Source: Thermoanaerobaculia bacterium
GTDB taxonomy: Bacteria; Acidobacteriota; Thermoanaerobaculia; UBA5066
DNA length: 63,293 nucleotides
Assembly: GCA_035542215.1 (NCBI GenBank)
Contig: DATKLW010000066.1
Coordinates: 1-63,293, forward strand
Direction: 5' to 3'
Below, in pieces: positions 28,241 through 37,039 of the stretch (within the stretch, counting starts at the first letter, position 1; every line of letters begins with the position of its first letter). The translations under genes were made by a program, and so were the position numbers. Under the pieces are notes generated by a model, which ran no database searches, was not told the origin of the DNA, and saw nothing but the letters and a program-made list of their open reading frames with translations.

Positions 28241-28840
28241 GTGGCCGTCGCACCGCGCACCGGGGCCGCGCAGGGGCCGGACTCCGGCGACCTGCTCCTC
28301 GTCGCGACGGGTGACGACGCGGCGCTGAAGCGTCTCCTCGCGCGCTGGCGCCAGCCGGTCTACGCGGTCTTCGAGCGCCTCCGGGAGCCGTCCGCGGCCG
28401 CGGAGGCGACGCTTCAGACCTTCGAGCGCCTCGTGCGGACCGCGGGGCGCTACGACCCGGGCACACCCTTCGCCGCGCACCTCTGGGGTCACGCGGCGCG
28501 CGTCGCGCAGGAGCAGCCGCGTTCCGAACCAGCCGTCATCTCGACGGTGCGACTCGCCGAGTCGGCCGCCGCGCGCACCGCCCTCCAGCGTTCCGCGATC
28601 GCGTCCCTTCCGCCCGCGGAGCGCTCCGCGTTTCTCCTGACCCGGGTCGCCCGGCTGCCGCTCCCGACGGCCGCGTCCGCGCTCGGGGTCTCCGAGGGCG
28701 AGCTGCGCCGGCGCCTCGTGCGCGCCCTCGAGACCCTGCGGACGTCCCTCAAACCGCTCCTCGATCTCGGAGTGCCCGGCGGGGACGGCGCGTCCGAGGA
28801 CGGCGGGAGCGGCCTCCCGGCCGAAGGCGGAGCCGCGTGA
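28241..28840 (+). CDS. ECF-type RNA polymerase sigma-70 factor
   Basis: 199 aa, GTG start. Region 2-like 'LLARWRQPVYAVFERL' and region 4 HTH 'LPPAERSAFLLTRVARLPLPTAASALGVSEGELRRRLVRA'. Confidence 0.8.
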   Translation: MAVAPRTGAAQGPDSGDLLLVATGDDAALKRLLARWRQPVYAVFERLREPSAAAEATLQTFERLVRTAGRYDPGTPFAAHLWGHAARVAQEQPRSEPAVISTVRLAESAAARTALQRSAIASLPPAERSAFLLTRVARLPLPTAASALGVSEGELRRRLVRALETLRTSLKPLLDLGVPGGDGASEDGGSGLPAEGGAA

Positions 28841-29808
28841 ACTGCGACGAGCTGCGCGAGCGCATCGTCGACCCGGGATCGGCGGGCCAGGGCGGGCACG
28901 CGCCCGTCGTCGCGCATCTCGAGGAGTGCCCGGCCTGTCGAGCCTCCGCCCGCGACTTCGCCGCGATCGACCGGCTCCTGCGTCCGGCCGGGGCGCTCGA
29001 GCCGCCCGAGGACCTCGAGTCCCGGCTCGTCCAGCGCCTGTCGGCGCCCCCCCGCAACGCGTGGAGGCAGCCCGCCGCGCTGTTCGGGGCCGCCGTCCTC
29101 GTCCTCGTCCTCGCGTTCCTCGGCTTCCGCGCGCTCCGCCGCACACCGTCCGCGCCGGCTCCCCCCGCACTCGAGCCCGCCGCCGCGCCCGCCGCCCCCG
29201 CCGGCGCCCTCCCGGCTTCCGCGGAGCTCCCGCCCGACATCGTCGCGGTGCGCTCGACGCCGATCAACCTCGACCGCCCGCCGCTGACGCGCGACGAGAA
29301 GGCGCAGGCCGCGATCCTCCACCAGTTCGACTTCCTCAACGCGTTCGAGACGCTCGCGAAGCTCGACGCGTTCTTCCCGGAGCCGGTCGGTCCGAGGGCG
29401 CCCGTGGCCGTCCCCGCCGGCGGCTTCCCGTCGCGCCCGCCCGACACGCCGGACGGCCTGACGGGCCGCTTCCTCGACTGGCAGCGGGCGGGAGCGAAGG
29501 AACGCGCCCGGTTCGTCGCGCTCGAGGCCGCGTTCCTGAACCGTCCCGAGGACGAGCGCGCGCTCCTCGAGGACCGCTGGATCGTCGTCAAGGACTTCAG
29601 CGACGAGCAGCAGGTGGGCCTCCGCCGCCTCGCGAGCCGTCTCGACGAGGTCGACGCCCGCGCGCACGACCGTCTCGAGTCCGAGATCCGCCTCATCGGC
29701 CGGCTCCCGAGGTCGCAGCGCGTCGCCCGCTGGCGCGCCCTCCCGTTCGCGAAGCCGCTCACGGGCCAGGAGCTCGAGAGCGCCGAGCGCCTCCTCCTGT
29801 CGCGCTGA
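28837..29808 (+). CDS. Anti-sigma factor (zf-HC2), single TM, C-terminal DUF3106-like repeat region
   Basis: GTG overlaps the sigma stop (GTGA). 'HLEECPACRAS' (H-x3-C-x2-C). TM helix 'AALFGAAVLVLVLAFLGF'. C-terminal 'W....FS.EQQ...R' type repeats. Confidence 0.75.
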   Translation: MNCDELRERIVDPGSAGQGGHAPVVAHLEECPACRASARDFAAIDRLLRPAGALEPPEDLESRLVQRLSAPPRNAWRQPAALFGAAVLVLVLAFLGFRALRRTPSAPAPPALEPAAAPAAPAGALPASAELPPDIVAVRSTPINLDRPPLTRDEKAQAAILHQFDFLNAFETLAKLDAFFPEPVGPRAPVAVPAGGFPSRPPDTPDGLTGRFLDWQRAGAKERARFVALEAAFLNRPEDERALLEDRWIVVKDFSDEQQVGLRRLASRLDEVDARAHDRLESEIRLIGRLPRSQRVARWRALPFAKPLTGQELESAERLLLSR

Positions 29809-29820
29809 ATCCTCCCGCAT

Positions 29821-29838
29821 CGCCCGATCTTTCGGGCG
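29821..29838 (+). terminator. Hairpin after the anti-sigma gene (7-bp stem, TCTT loop, no T-tract)
   Basis: CGCCCGA-TCTT-TCGGGCG, 13 nt after the stop at 29808 and 33 nt before the OPT ATG. Confidence 0.3.
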
Positions 29839-29870
29839 GGCGGAACGCGCCGCCGCTACACTCCCGCCCC

Positions 29871-31991
29871 ATGAGCGCGACGACCGGGACCCCGGCCCCC
29901 TCATTCACGCCCTGGGTGCCGCCGTCCGAAGCACCCGCCGAGCTCACGTTCCGCGCCGTCGCGCTCGGGGCCGTTCTCGGGATCGTCTTCGGCGCCGCGT
30001 CCGTCTACCTCGGACTGCGCGTCGGACTCACGACGTCCGCGTCGATCCCGATCGCCGTCATGGCGATCACGATCCTCAAGAAGCTCGGCCACTCGACGAT
30101 CCTCGAGAACAACATCGTGCAGACGACCGGATCCGCAGGCGAGTCCATCGCGGCCGCCGTCGTGTTCACGATCCCGGCGCTCATCTTTCTCGGCTTCCCG
30201 ATGCAGATCCCGGTCACGTTTCTCATTTCTCTGACGGGCGGGATCCTCGGCGTCCTCATGATGATCCCGCTCCGCCGGTATCTCATCGTCAAGGAGCACG
30301 CGGCCCTCCGCTTCCCCGAGGGCACCGCGTGCGCCGAGATCCTGATCGCGGGCGAGAAGGGCGGGACGTCCGCGACGAAGATCTTCACCGGGATCGGCGT
30401 GGGCGCCGCGTTCAAGCTCGCGACGACCGTCTTCGCCCTCTTCAAGGTGCGCGTGGCGCGCCTGATCGCGTTCTACCCGGGCGCGCGCCTCGAGTGCGAG
30501 ACCTCCCCCGAGCTCCTCGCGGTGGGCTGGATCATCGGCTACGAGTCGAGCGTCCTCATGGTCGGGGGCGGCATCCTCGCGGCGCTCATCCTCTCGCCGA
30601 TGGTCGTGTTCTTCGGGAGTACGTCCGCCTCGGCGATCGCGCCCGCCGCCGATCTCATCCGCAACATGGACTTCGACGCCGTCCGCTCCCAGTACATCCG
30701 GTACATCGGCGCCGGGGCCGTCGCGGCCGGCGGCGTCCTCGGGCTCGTGCGGGCGGCCCCGGCCATCTGGGACTCGCTCACCGCGTCGATGAAGCAGCTG
30801 CGCGGCGCGCTCGGGGGCGCCGGCGTCCTGCGGACGGAGCGCGACACGCCGCTCACGTGGGTCGTCGGCGGCTCGCTCGCGATCGTCGCCTTCATCGCGG
30901 TCGTGCCCGTCTTCAAGATGAACGTCCTCGGGGCGGCGCTCATCGTCGTCTTCGGGTTCCTCTTCTCCGTCGTCTCCGCCCGGATCACCGGCCTCGTCGG
31001 CTCGTCGTCCTGCCCGCTTTCGGGGATGACGATCGCCGTCGTGATCGGGACCTGTCTGATCTTCCTGACCGTCGGCTGGAGCGGCTCGGCCTACTCGTAC
31101 GTCGCGCTCGTCGTCGGCTCGGTCGTCTGCATCGCGATCTCGAACGCCGGGACGACCGCGCAGGACCTCAAGACCGGGCACCTCGTCGGCTCGACGCCGG
31201 TCGCCCAGCAGGCCGCGATCCTCGCCGGCGTCCTGACGTCCGTCGCCGCGATCGGGTGGACGACATGGCTCATCAACGCGTCGGGCACGAAGGTCACGCC
31301 GCTCCCCACGCCTGTCGCGGTCTCGGCCGCCTCGATCGCCTCGGCCGACGACGTGAAGGGCCCCGACGGAGCGCCGAAGGCGTTCGTCCGCGTCGCGGCC
31401 GGCGAGGTGACGGGTCTCGAGGCCGGGAACTACCTCGTCGACCGCGGAACCGGCGCCGCCGTCGCCCGCCGCGTGGACGGGATCGGCACGCCGAGCTTCC
31501 CCGCCCCGCAGGCGAACCTCATGGCGGTCCTGATCTCGGGCCTTCTCGACCGCAAGCTCCCGTGGGGCCTGATCCTGATCGGCGTCGCGATCGCCGTCAT
31601 CATCGAGATGACGACGGGGCACTCGCTGACGTTCGCGGTCGGCGTGTACCTGCCGCTCTCGTCCACGATGCCCATCTTCATCGGCGGCCTCGTGCGCAAG
31701 TTCGCGGACAGGCGCTACGGGCGCGTCCCGGACGACCCGGCCGAGAGCGAGGGCACGCTCTGGTCGTCGGGCCTCATCGCGGGCGGCGCGCTCGTGGGCG
31801 TCGCGGTCGCGCTTCTCCATTTCCCCGTGTTCGGTCTCGCGTTCGACGACGAGCTCGACCTGCCGATGAAGATCGCGCTCGGACCGAAATTCTGGCCGGG
31901 CCTCTTCGCCTCGGACCTCGTCCCGATGTTCGCGTTCGCGGCCCTGGGCTGGCTGCTGTTCCGGGGAGCGCGGGATCCGAAAACGGACTAG
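29871..31991 (+). CDS. OPT family oligopeptide transporter
   Basis: In frame within ORF 28926..31991, from ATG 29871 (706 aa). 'ELTFRAVALGAVLGIVFGAASVYLGLRVGLT', 'QTTGSAGESIA', about 16 TM helices. Confidence 0.9.
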   Translation: MSATTGTPAPSFTPWVPPSEAPAELTFRAVALGAVLGIVFGAASVYLGLRVGLTTSASIPIAVMAITILKKLGHSTILENNIVQTTGSAGESIAAAVVFTIPALIFLGFPMQIPVTFLISLTGGILGVLMMIPLRRYLIVKEHAALRFPEGTACAEILIAGEKGGTSATKIFTGIGVGAAFKLATTVFALFKVRVARLIAFYPGARLECETSPELLAVGWIIGYESSVLMVGGGILAALILSPMVVFFGSTSASAIAPAADLIRNMDFDAVRSQYIRYIGAGAVAAGGVLGLVRAAPAIWDSLTASMKQLRGALGGAGVLRTERDTPLTWVVGGSLAIVAFIAVVPVFKMNVLGAALIVVFGFLFSVVSARITGLVGSSSCPLSGMTIAVVIGTCLIFLTVGWSGSAYSYVALVVGSVVCIAISNAGTTAQDLKTGHLVGSTPVAQQAAILAGVLTSVAAIGWTTWLINASGTKVTPLPTPVAVSAASIASADDVKGPDGAPKAFVRVAAGEVTGLEAGNYLVDRGTGAAVARRVDGIGTPSFPAPQANLMAVLISGLLDRKLPWGLILIGVAIAVIIEMTTGHSLTFAVGVYLPLSSTMPIFIGGLVRKFADRRYGRVPDDPAESEGTLWSSGLIAGGALVGVAVALLHFPVFGLAFDDELDLPMKIALGPKFWPGLFASDLVPMFAFAALGWLLFRGARDPKTD

Positions 31992-32776
31992 GTCGCGGCG
32001 ACGACGGCGGCCTGGGCCTCGAGCTTCGCGATGAGCGCGGCCCGGCGCGCGGCGTCGAGGTTCTCGGAACCGGCGCGAAGAATGTCCGGATTGCCGTCGA
32101 CCGAGCGACGGAAAAGGAAGTCCTGGACCGCCTTCGCGTCCACCTTCGTCGTCTCGCGCAGGAGGCTCGCGACGGCCGAGACCATCGCCGGGTGATCCTC
32201 GTGGAGGAGCAACTCGGCCAGCTCGAGGACGGCGGCGGCCTCGCGGCGGCCGTCGCTCACGAGGCCCACGGAGGCGAGCACGGCGAGGCGGCGCTTGCCG
32301 ACGCTGCGCAGGCGCGCCCACTTCCGAAGCACGTTGATCTTCACGGGCTCGAGGGCGAGCGCCGGCGCGGCGACGCGCGTTCCGAGAGCCTCGGCGACCT
32401 CGAGGTCCTCGGCGACCGAGCTCCACTTCTCCACGTGGGAGAAGAGACCCGGCGCGAAGTCCTTCCGGTAGCGTTCGAGAACGTCCAGCGCCACGAGGAT
32501 CTCCTCGCGGACCTTGCGGCCCACGGCGGCGTCCACGAGCGCGAGCGCGGCCCCGTAGTCCATCGCCGGCTTGTTCTTCGTCTGGATTTCGCGCGCGATC
32601 GAGCGCACGGACGACGTCTTCACGCCGAGCGCCTTCAGCGGGCTGCGCGGCTGGGAGGCGCTGCCCCTGGACTTGCCATCTTTTGCGGCTTCCTTCTCGT
32701 CGGCGCGGGCCTCCAGAAGGGCCCGAACGTCCTTGAGAATCGAGGCGGCGGCGGCGGCAGACTTGGCCATATGCAA
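31988..32776 (-). CDS. DNA alkylation repair (AlkD-like HEAT-repeat) protein
   Basis: 262 aa, helical-repeat protein. The pattern 'KALGVKTSSVRSIAREI ... VLERY ... EKWSS ... DHPAMVSAVASLLRE' resembles the AlkD/DNA alkylation repair family. Moderate certainty. Confidence 0.7.
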   Translation of the reverse strand: MHMAKSAAAAASILKDVRALLEARADEKEAAKDGKSRGSASQPRSPLKALGVKTSSVRSIAREIQTKNKPAMDYGAALALVDAAVGRKVREEILVALDVLERYRKDFAPGLFSHVEKWSSVAEDLEVAEALGTRVAAPALALEPVKINVLRKWARLRSVGKRRLAVLASVGLVSDGRREAAAVLELAELLLHEDHPAMVSAVASLLRETTKVDAKAVQDFLFRRSVDGNPDILRAGSENLDAARRAALIAKLEAQAAVVAAT

Positions 32777-32854
32777 ACTCTGATTCTAGCACACGGGGTG
32801 ACCACTTCCGAGGTCGTCACGGAGCAACCGGACTGAGTCTCAGCGGGTTTTCCG

Positions 32855-33862
32855 TCAGCGGAACGCGCCGCTGCCGAAGTCGTAAAGCTTTGATCTGGAA
32901 GATGTTGTTCCCTGAAAGAGCGCGCCCTGCTTTCCCTTGGGCCTTCCCGTTACCCTCGTACCGAGAAGCTGTCCCTTGAGCGTCACGTAGCCGGCCGCGC
33001 GGCCCACGCGCACTCCGAGGCGCCGGAGATCCGTCAGGTCGCGCAGCGCATCCCGCCCGCGCACGAGGAGGATTCTCTCGACCGCGCGCGGCCCGAAGCC
33101 CGGCACGCGCTGCAGCTCCTCGCGCGGCGCCGTCGTGAGCTCGACCGGGAAGCGCTCCGGGTGGCGCCGCGCCCACGCGAGTTTCGGATCCTGGTCGAGC
33201 GGGAGGTGGCCGTCCTCGTCGAACGGCAGCTCGCTCGCCCGGAAGCCGTAGTCGCGGAGGAGGTGGTCCGCTTCCACGAGACGGCGCTCGAGCAGGGCCG
33301 GAGGCGCCTTGCGCGCGGAATCGCGGCGCGCCTCGCGGATGGCCGCGGCCACGTCGCGGACCGGGGCGGCTAGCGGGTCCCTCGCGCTTTCGTCCGCGGC
33401 GCGCTGGCAGGGGATCTCGAGGTTGTACGAGACGCGGTCGACGAGGCGCACGAGCTTCTCGATCTGGCCCGGCTGCGCGCCGGCGAGCGCTTTCACGTGA
33501 AGGTATCCGCGGTAGCCGTGCGTGACGCGGAGGGTTTCGACGAGCTCGAGCATCCCGTCCATGGCCCGCACGGCGTCTTTCGGGATGCCGCTCGTGACGA
33601 AGAGCCCGTCGCACCAGCCGCGCCGGAACGCGGTCATGAAGAGACGCGCCAGCTTCGCGGGCTCGAGGGCGGCGGGCGGAAGGTCGCGCTCGGCGCGCAT
33701 CGGGCACCAGTCGCATGCGTGGCGACACGCGTTCGTCAGGAGGATCCGGAAGATGCGGCGGTTTCCGAGACCGGGCACGATGAGGTCCCGGACGTCGATT
33801 GCATCGAGCGCACGCTTCGCCAGCTTCGCATCCCATTCGATCGTCCGGCTGATGGAGCCCAT
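32855..33862 (-). CDS. Radical SAM protein with C-terminal helix-hairpin-helix (putative DNA modification/repair radical SAM family)
   Basis: 335 aa. 'CRHACDWC' (CxxxCxxC). HhH 'LQRVPGFGPRAVERILLVR'. Has its own consensus promoter and a GAGGTG SD. Confidence 0.8.
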   Translation of the reverse strand: MGSISRTIEWDAKLAKRALDAIDVRDLIVPGLGNRRIFRILLTNACRHACDWCPMRAERDLPPAALEPAKLARLFMTAFRRGWCDGLFVTSGIPKDAVRAMDGMLELVETLRVTHGYRGYLHVKALAGAQPGQIEKLVRLVDRVSYNLEIPCQRAADESARDPLAAPVRDVAAAIREARRDSARKAPPALLERRLVEADHLLRDYGFRASELPFDEDGHLPLDQDPKLAWARRHPERFPVELTTAPREELQRVPGFGPRAVERILLVRGRDALRDLTDLRRLGVRVGRAAGYVTLKGQLLGTRVTGRPKGKQGALFQGTTSSRSKLYDFGSGAFR

Positions 33863-33882
33863 GGGTCACCTCACCCGGGCGC

Positions 33883-33911
33883 AATATAGGCGTAAGTTCC
33901 GCGCAAGTCAA
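33883..33911 (-). promoter_or_regulatory. Sigma-70-type promoter TTGACT-N17-TATATT driving the radical-SAM gene
   Basis: On the minus strand: -35 TTGACT (33911-33906), a 17-nt spacer, and -10 TATATT (33888-33883). This is followed by a GAGGTG SD and ATG 33862. Confidence 0.65.
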
Positions 33912-33918
33912 GTCCGGC

Positions 33919-33942
33919 CGAAAAAGGCCCGAAAACCTCGGG
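33919..33942 (-). terminator. Probable intrinsic terminator of mnmA
   Basis: Minus strand, 2 nt after the mnmA stop: CCCGA-GGTTT-TCGGG hairpin followed by CCTTTTTCGG. Confidence 0.5.
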
Positions 33943-33944
33943 TT

Positions 33945-35072
33945 TCAGGGAGGGGAAACGGGCCGCGCAATGATCCCGCCACCGAGAACGAGCTCGGGGC
34001 GGGCGCGGTCGTAGAAGACGGCCGACTGGCCGGGCGCGGCGGCGCGGACCGGCTCGTCGAACTCCAGCGTGCCCCGGCCGCCGTCCCCGAGCGTCAGCGA
34101 CGCGGTCTGCTCGGGATGGCGTGAGCGGATGCGCGCGAGGACGTGAAGGGGCCGCCCTGCGTCTCCAGCTGTTCGCACACTCACGCTCTCGAGGAGGATC
34201 TTCTTGGAAAGAAGGGAGTCCGGCGGCCCCACGATGACACGCCGCTCGTCGGGGTACGTCGCCAGCACGTAGAGAGGGTCACTCGAAGAAATCTTCAGCC
34301 CCCGGCGCTGGCCGACCGTGAAACCAAACGTCCCCTCGTGCGTTCCCGCGCTCTTTCCACCTTCTAAGACAATCTCCCCTGCCTTCGCTCCGCCGATTGC
34401 CGGCAAATCGAGCCCGAGCCGCGGCGCCTCGCGCCGGATGAATTCCGCCGGCGAGGTGCCGTTCGGGACGAAGCAGATCTCCTGCGAGTCCGGCTTGTCC
34501 CAGTTCGGGAGTCCCGCTTCGCGCGCGATCTCGCGCACGGCCGTCTTCTGAAGCTCGCCGAGCGGGAAGACGACGCGCGAGAGCTGTTCGCCCGTGAGGT
34601 CGTAGAGAAAATACGACTGGTCGCGGCTCGCGTCCGTCGCGCGGAGGAGCCGCTTCTCCCCGGTCGCGGGATCCGTCTCGACGCGCGCGTAGTGGCCCGT
34701 CGCCACGGCATCGCAGCCGAGAGCTTCGGCGCGCGCGAGCAGCGTCTTGAACTTCACCTCGGTGTTGCAGGCCGTGCACGGGATCGGCGTCCGGCCCTCG
34801 AGATAGCTCGTCACGAACGGCCTCACGACGGCTTCCTCGAAGCGCTCCGTGAGGTCGAGGACGTAATGCGGGATCCCGATCGTCTCGGCGGCGCGCCGCG
34901 CGACGGTCAGGTCGTCGAGCGTGCAGCACCGCCCCGCCGCCGCGCCGGTCCCGTCGCGGTCGTGGTCCCAGAGGTGCATCGAGAGGCCGACGAGCTCCGC
35001 CCCCTCGCGCTTCAGGAGAAGCGCGGCGACTGAGGAGTCGACTCCTCCCGACATCGCGACGGCGATGCGCAT
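33945..35072 (-). CDS. mnmA: tRNA 2-thiouridine(34) synthase MnmA
   Basis: 375 aa. PP-loop 'AMSGGVDSSVAA', 'RCCT', 'GRTPIPCTACN', 'DQSYFL'. Confidence 0.95.
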   Translation of the reverse strand: MRIAVAMSGGVDSSVAALLLKREGAELVGLSMHLWDHDRDGTGAAAGRCCTLDDLTVARRAAETIGIPHYVLDLTERFEEAVVRPFVTSYLEGRTPIPCTACNTEVKFKTLLARAEALGCDAVATGHYARVETDPATGEKRLLRATDASRDQSYFLYDLTGEQLSRVVFPLGELQKTAVREIAREAGLPNWDKPDSQEICFVPNGTSPAEFIRREAPRLGLDLPAIGGAKAGEIVLEGGKSAGTHEGTFGFTVGQRRGLKISSSDPLYVLATYPDERRVIVGPPDSLLSKKILLESVSVRTAGDAGRPLHVLARIRSRHPEQTASLTLGDGGRGTLEFDEPVRAAAPGQSAVFYDRARPELVLGGGIIARPVSPP

Positions 35073-35079
35073 CGGGGGA

Positions 35080-36423
35080 TTATCGGCGCTTCGGCGCCGC
35101 TGCCTTCCCCGCCGCCGGCGGCTCGGAGACCCAGCCGAGGAGCGACGACGCGCGGTCGGGCCAGTTCAGCACGCGGTTCGTCGCCACCGAGGCGCGGCCT
35201 TCCGCCGTGATGGTGTACGTCCACTTCACGTTCTCGGCCTTCGAAGACTCGATGCCCGGGATGGACACGGGCCATGCGCCGGAGGGATCGCGCTTCGCAC
35301 GGATGTCGAAGACCTTGTTCGTGAGCTCGGCTTCGAGAATGAGGCGGTCCGCGCGCTTCCAGGCGGCCCCGATGTTCGGGATCGGCGGCGCGGCGGAAGC
35401 CCATCGGCCCAGCCCCTGACGGAACGCCTCCGCGAGGTTCGCCCCGTCGCCGTCCGAGACCGGACTCCTGACCGCGGACTCGGTCATCGCGCGCCAGGCG
35501 TCGAGGAAAGCGGCCGCCTCGAGGCGCCGGCCGGGCCCTCCCGCGAGACGCGCCAGCGTGCCCTGCGGCGCGCCCGCGACGAGGCCCGCCTCCTGCCGCG
35601 TGCGCGCGGCCCGCCACGTCGTCCACGCCTCGTTCGCCCAGGAGCGCTTCACGGCCTCGCGCGCGTCCCAGGCGGCGAGACGCGCGCGCCAGGGCTCGGC
35701 GTTCACGGGGAGCTTGCGCAGGACGCCCATCTCGAGGTGCGTCGCGATCGACGCGATCGAGCGGCTCGGCACGTCGACGCGCTGCCGTTCGGGCGCCGCG
35801 AGGTTCCACGACGCGAGGAGCGCGTGCTCGGCGCCTGCCGTGTCGCCCCCGGCGGCGCGCGCGAGGGCGCGACCGAGAAGGACGACGTGGAGCTGCATGT
35901 GGCCGGCCATGTTCGGGGACGGCGCTGCGAAGAGCAGGCTCTGGTCCTCCGCCCACTCCGGCGCGGGCCCTGCGACGAGCCCGTTCTCGATCGTGTCCAG
36001 CTCGGCGGCGTGGCCGGTCATCCACGCCGCGACCTCCACCGGCGGCGCCGAGACGTTCGCCTCGGGGCGCTCCGCCTGGTCCGTCGCCCACTTCGTGAGG
36101 GGGCCGCGCGTGCGGCCCCACTCCGTCTTCGCCAGCTCCTTTTCCGAAGGCGGCGTCTCGGGCTCCGTCTTCTGGGCTTCGGCGCGGTTCCTGAGGTCGA
36201 TCCCGAGCGGAAGGGCCACCTTCTCGAGCGCGCGAGCGGCGGCGTTCGTGTCCTTCTTCGGAAGCGAATCGGCGCTCCCGGGCAGCGGCAGGCCGAGCGC
36301 GCTCCACGCGCCGAGCGCCTGCCGCTCGCGCCCGGCCGACCAGGCCGTCGAGCCGGCGAACCAGACGAGGGCCGCGCCGGCGGCGAGAAGGACGGTCAAG
36401 GCGAGTGCTCTCCAGAGTTTCAT
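35080..36423 (-). CDS. Secreted hypothetical protein (447 aa), no recognised domain
   Basis: ORF track 35080..36555, trimmed to ATG 36423 (GGAGG SD 5 nt upstream). Signal/TM MKLWRALALTVLLAAGAALVWFAG. Trp/Ala-rich. Lies 7 nt upstream of mnmA. Confidence 0.65.
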   Translation of the reverse strand: MKLWRALALTVLLAAGAALVWFAGSTAWSAGRERQALGAWSALGLPLPGSADSLPKKDTNAAARALEKVALPLGIDLRNRAEAQKTEPETPPSEKELAKTEWGRTRGPLTKWATDQAERPEANVSAPPVEVAAWMTGHAAELDTIENGLVAGPAPEWAEDQSLLFAAPSPNMAGHMQLHVVLLGRALARAAGGDTAGAEHALLASWNLAAPERQRVDVPSRSIASIATHLEMGVLRKLPVNAEPWRARLAAWDAREAVKRSWANEAWTTWRAARTRQEAGLVAGAPQGTLARLAGGPGRRLEAAAFLDAWRAMTESAVRSPVSDGDGANLAEAFRQGLGRWASAAPPIPNIGAAWKRADRLILEAELTNKVFDIRAKRDPSGAWPVSIPGIESSKAENVKWTYTITAEGRASVATNRVLNWPDRASSLLGWVSEPPAAGKAAAPKRR

Positions 36424-36485
36424 GGAACCTCCGAACCCTTGATCATAACGGCCCCGCCGGCGCCGGGATGAGACAGAATCGCGCC

Positions 36486-36779
36486 ATGGCGAGACCTCCC
36501 CTGCTCCCCGAAAAGGAAATAAGAGCGAGGCTGAAGGCGCATCCCGCCTGGACACGCAAGGGCGGGAAGCTCCACCGCGTGTTCAAGTTCGCCGGGTTCT
36601 CCGAGGCGTTCGGCTTCATGGCGCGCGCGGCCCTCTTCGCCGAGAAGATCGACCACCACCCGGAATGGACCAACGTCTGGAACAAGGTCAGCGTCGCGCT
36701 CGACACGCACGACGCGGGCGGCCTCACCGACCTCGACTTCCGCCTCGCGGCGGAGATGGACCGGATCGCCGGGGGCTGA
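36486..36779 (+). CDS. phhB: 4a-hydroxytetrahydrobiopterin dehydratase
   Basis: 'W......L.R.F.F..F..A..F' then 'DHHPEWTNVWNKVSVALDTHDAGGLTDLD'. Start set at ATG 36486 (97 aa); upstream in-frame starts are possible. Confidence 0.85.
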   Translation: MARPPLLPEKEIRARLKAHPAWTRKGGKLHRVFKFAGFSEAFGFMARAALFAEKIDHHPEWTNVWNKVSVALDTHDAGGLTDLDFRLAAEMDRIAGG

Positions 36780-37039
36780 CCGGGCTCGGACCCTCTCGCT
36801 TCGTGCAGGTGTCGGAGCACCGGTAATCGCTGGTTTCTTCTTGGAAGGTGAAGAGGGGGGAGCGGCTCTCCGTGTGCGACCGCCCCGCCCCAATGTGTCG
36901 ATTTTTCGTCACACCGAAAAGGCATGCCGCTCTCGACGCGCTCCGACATCTCACCACGCTAAATTAACTTCTAAGAAAATCTTACGTGCTCTTCGGACGA
37001 TCCGGATCGAGCATGGCATGGCGCGTGAAAAGCGACACC

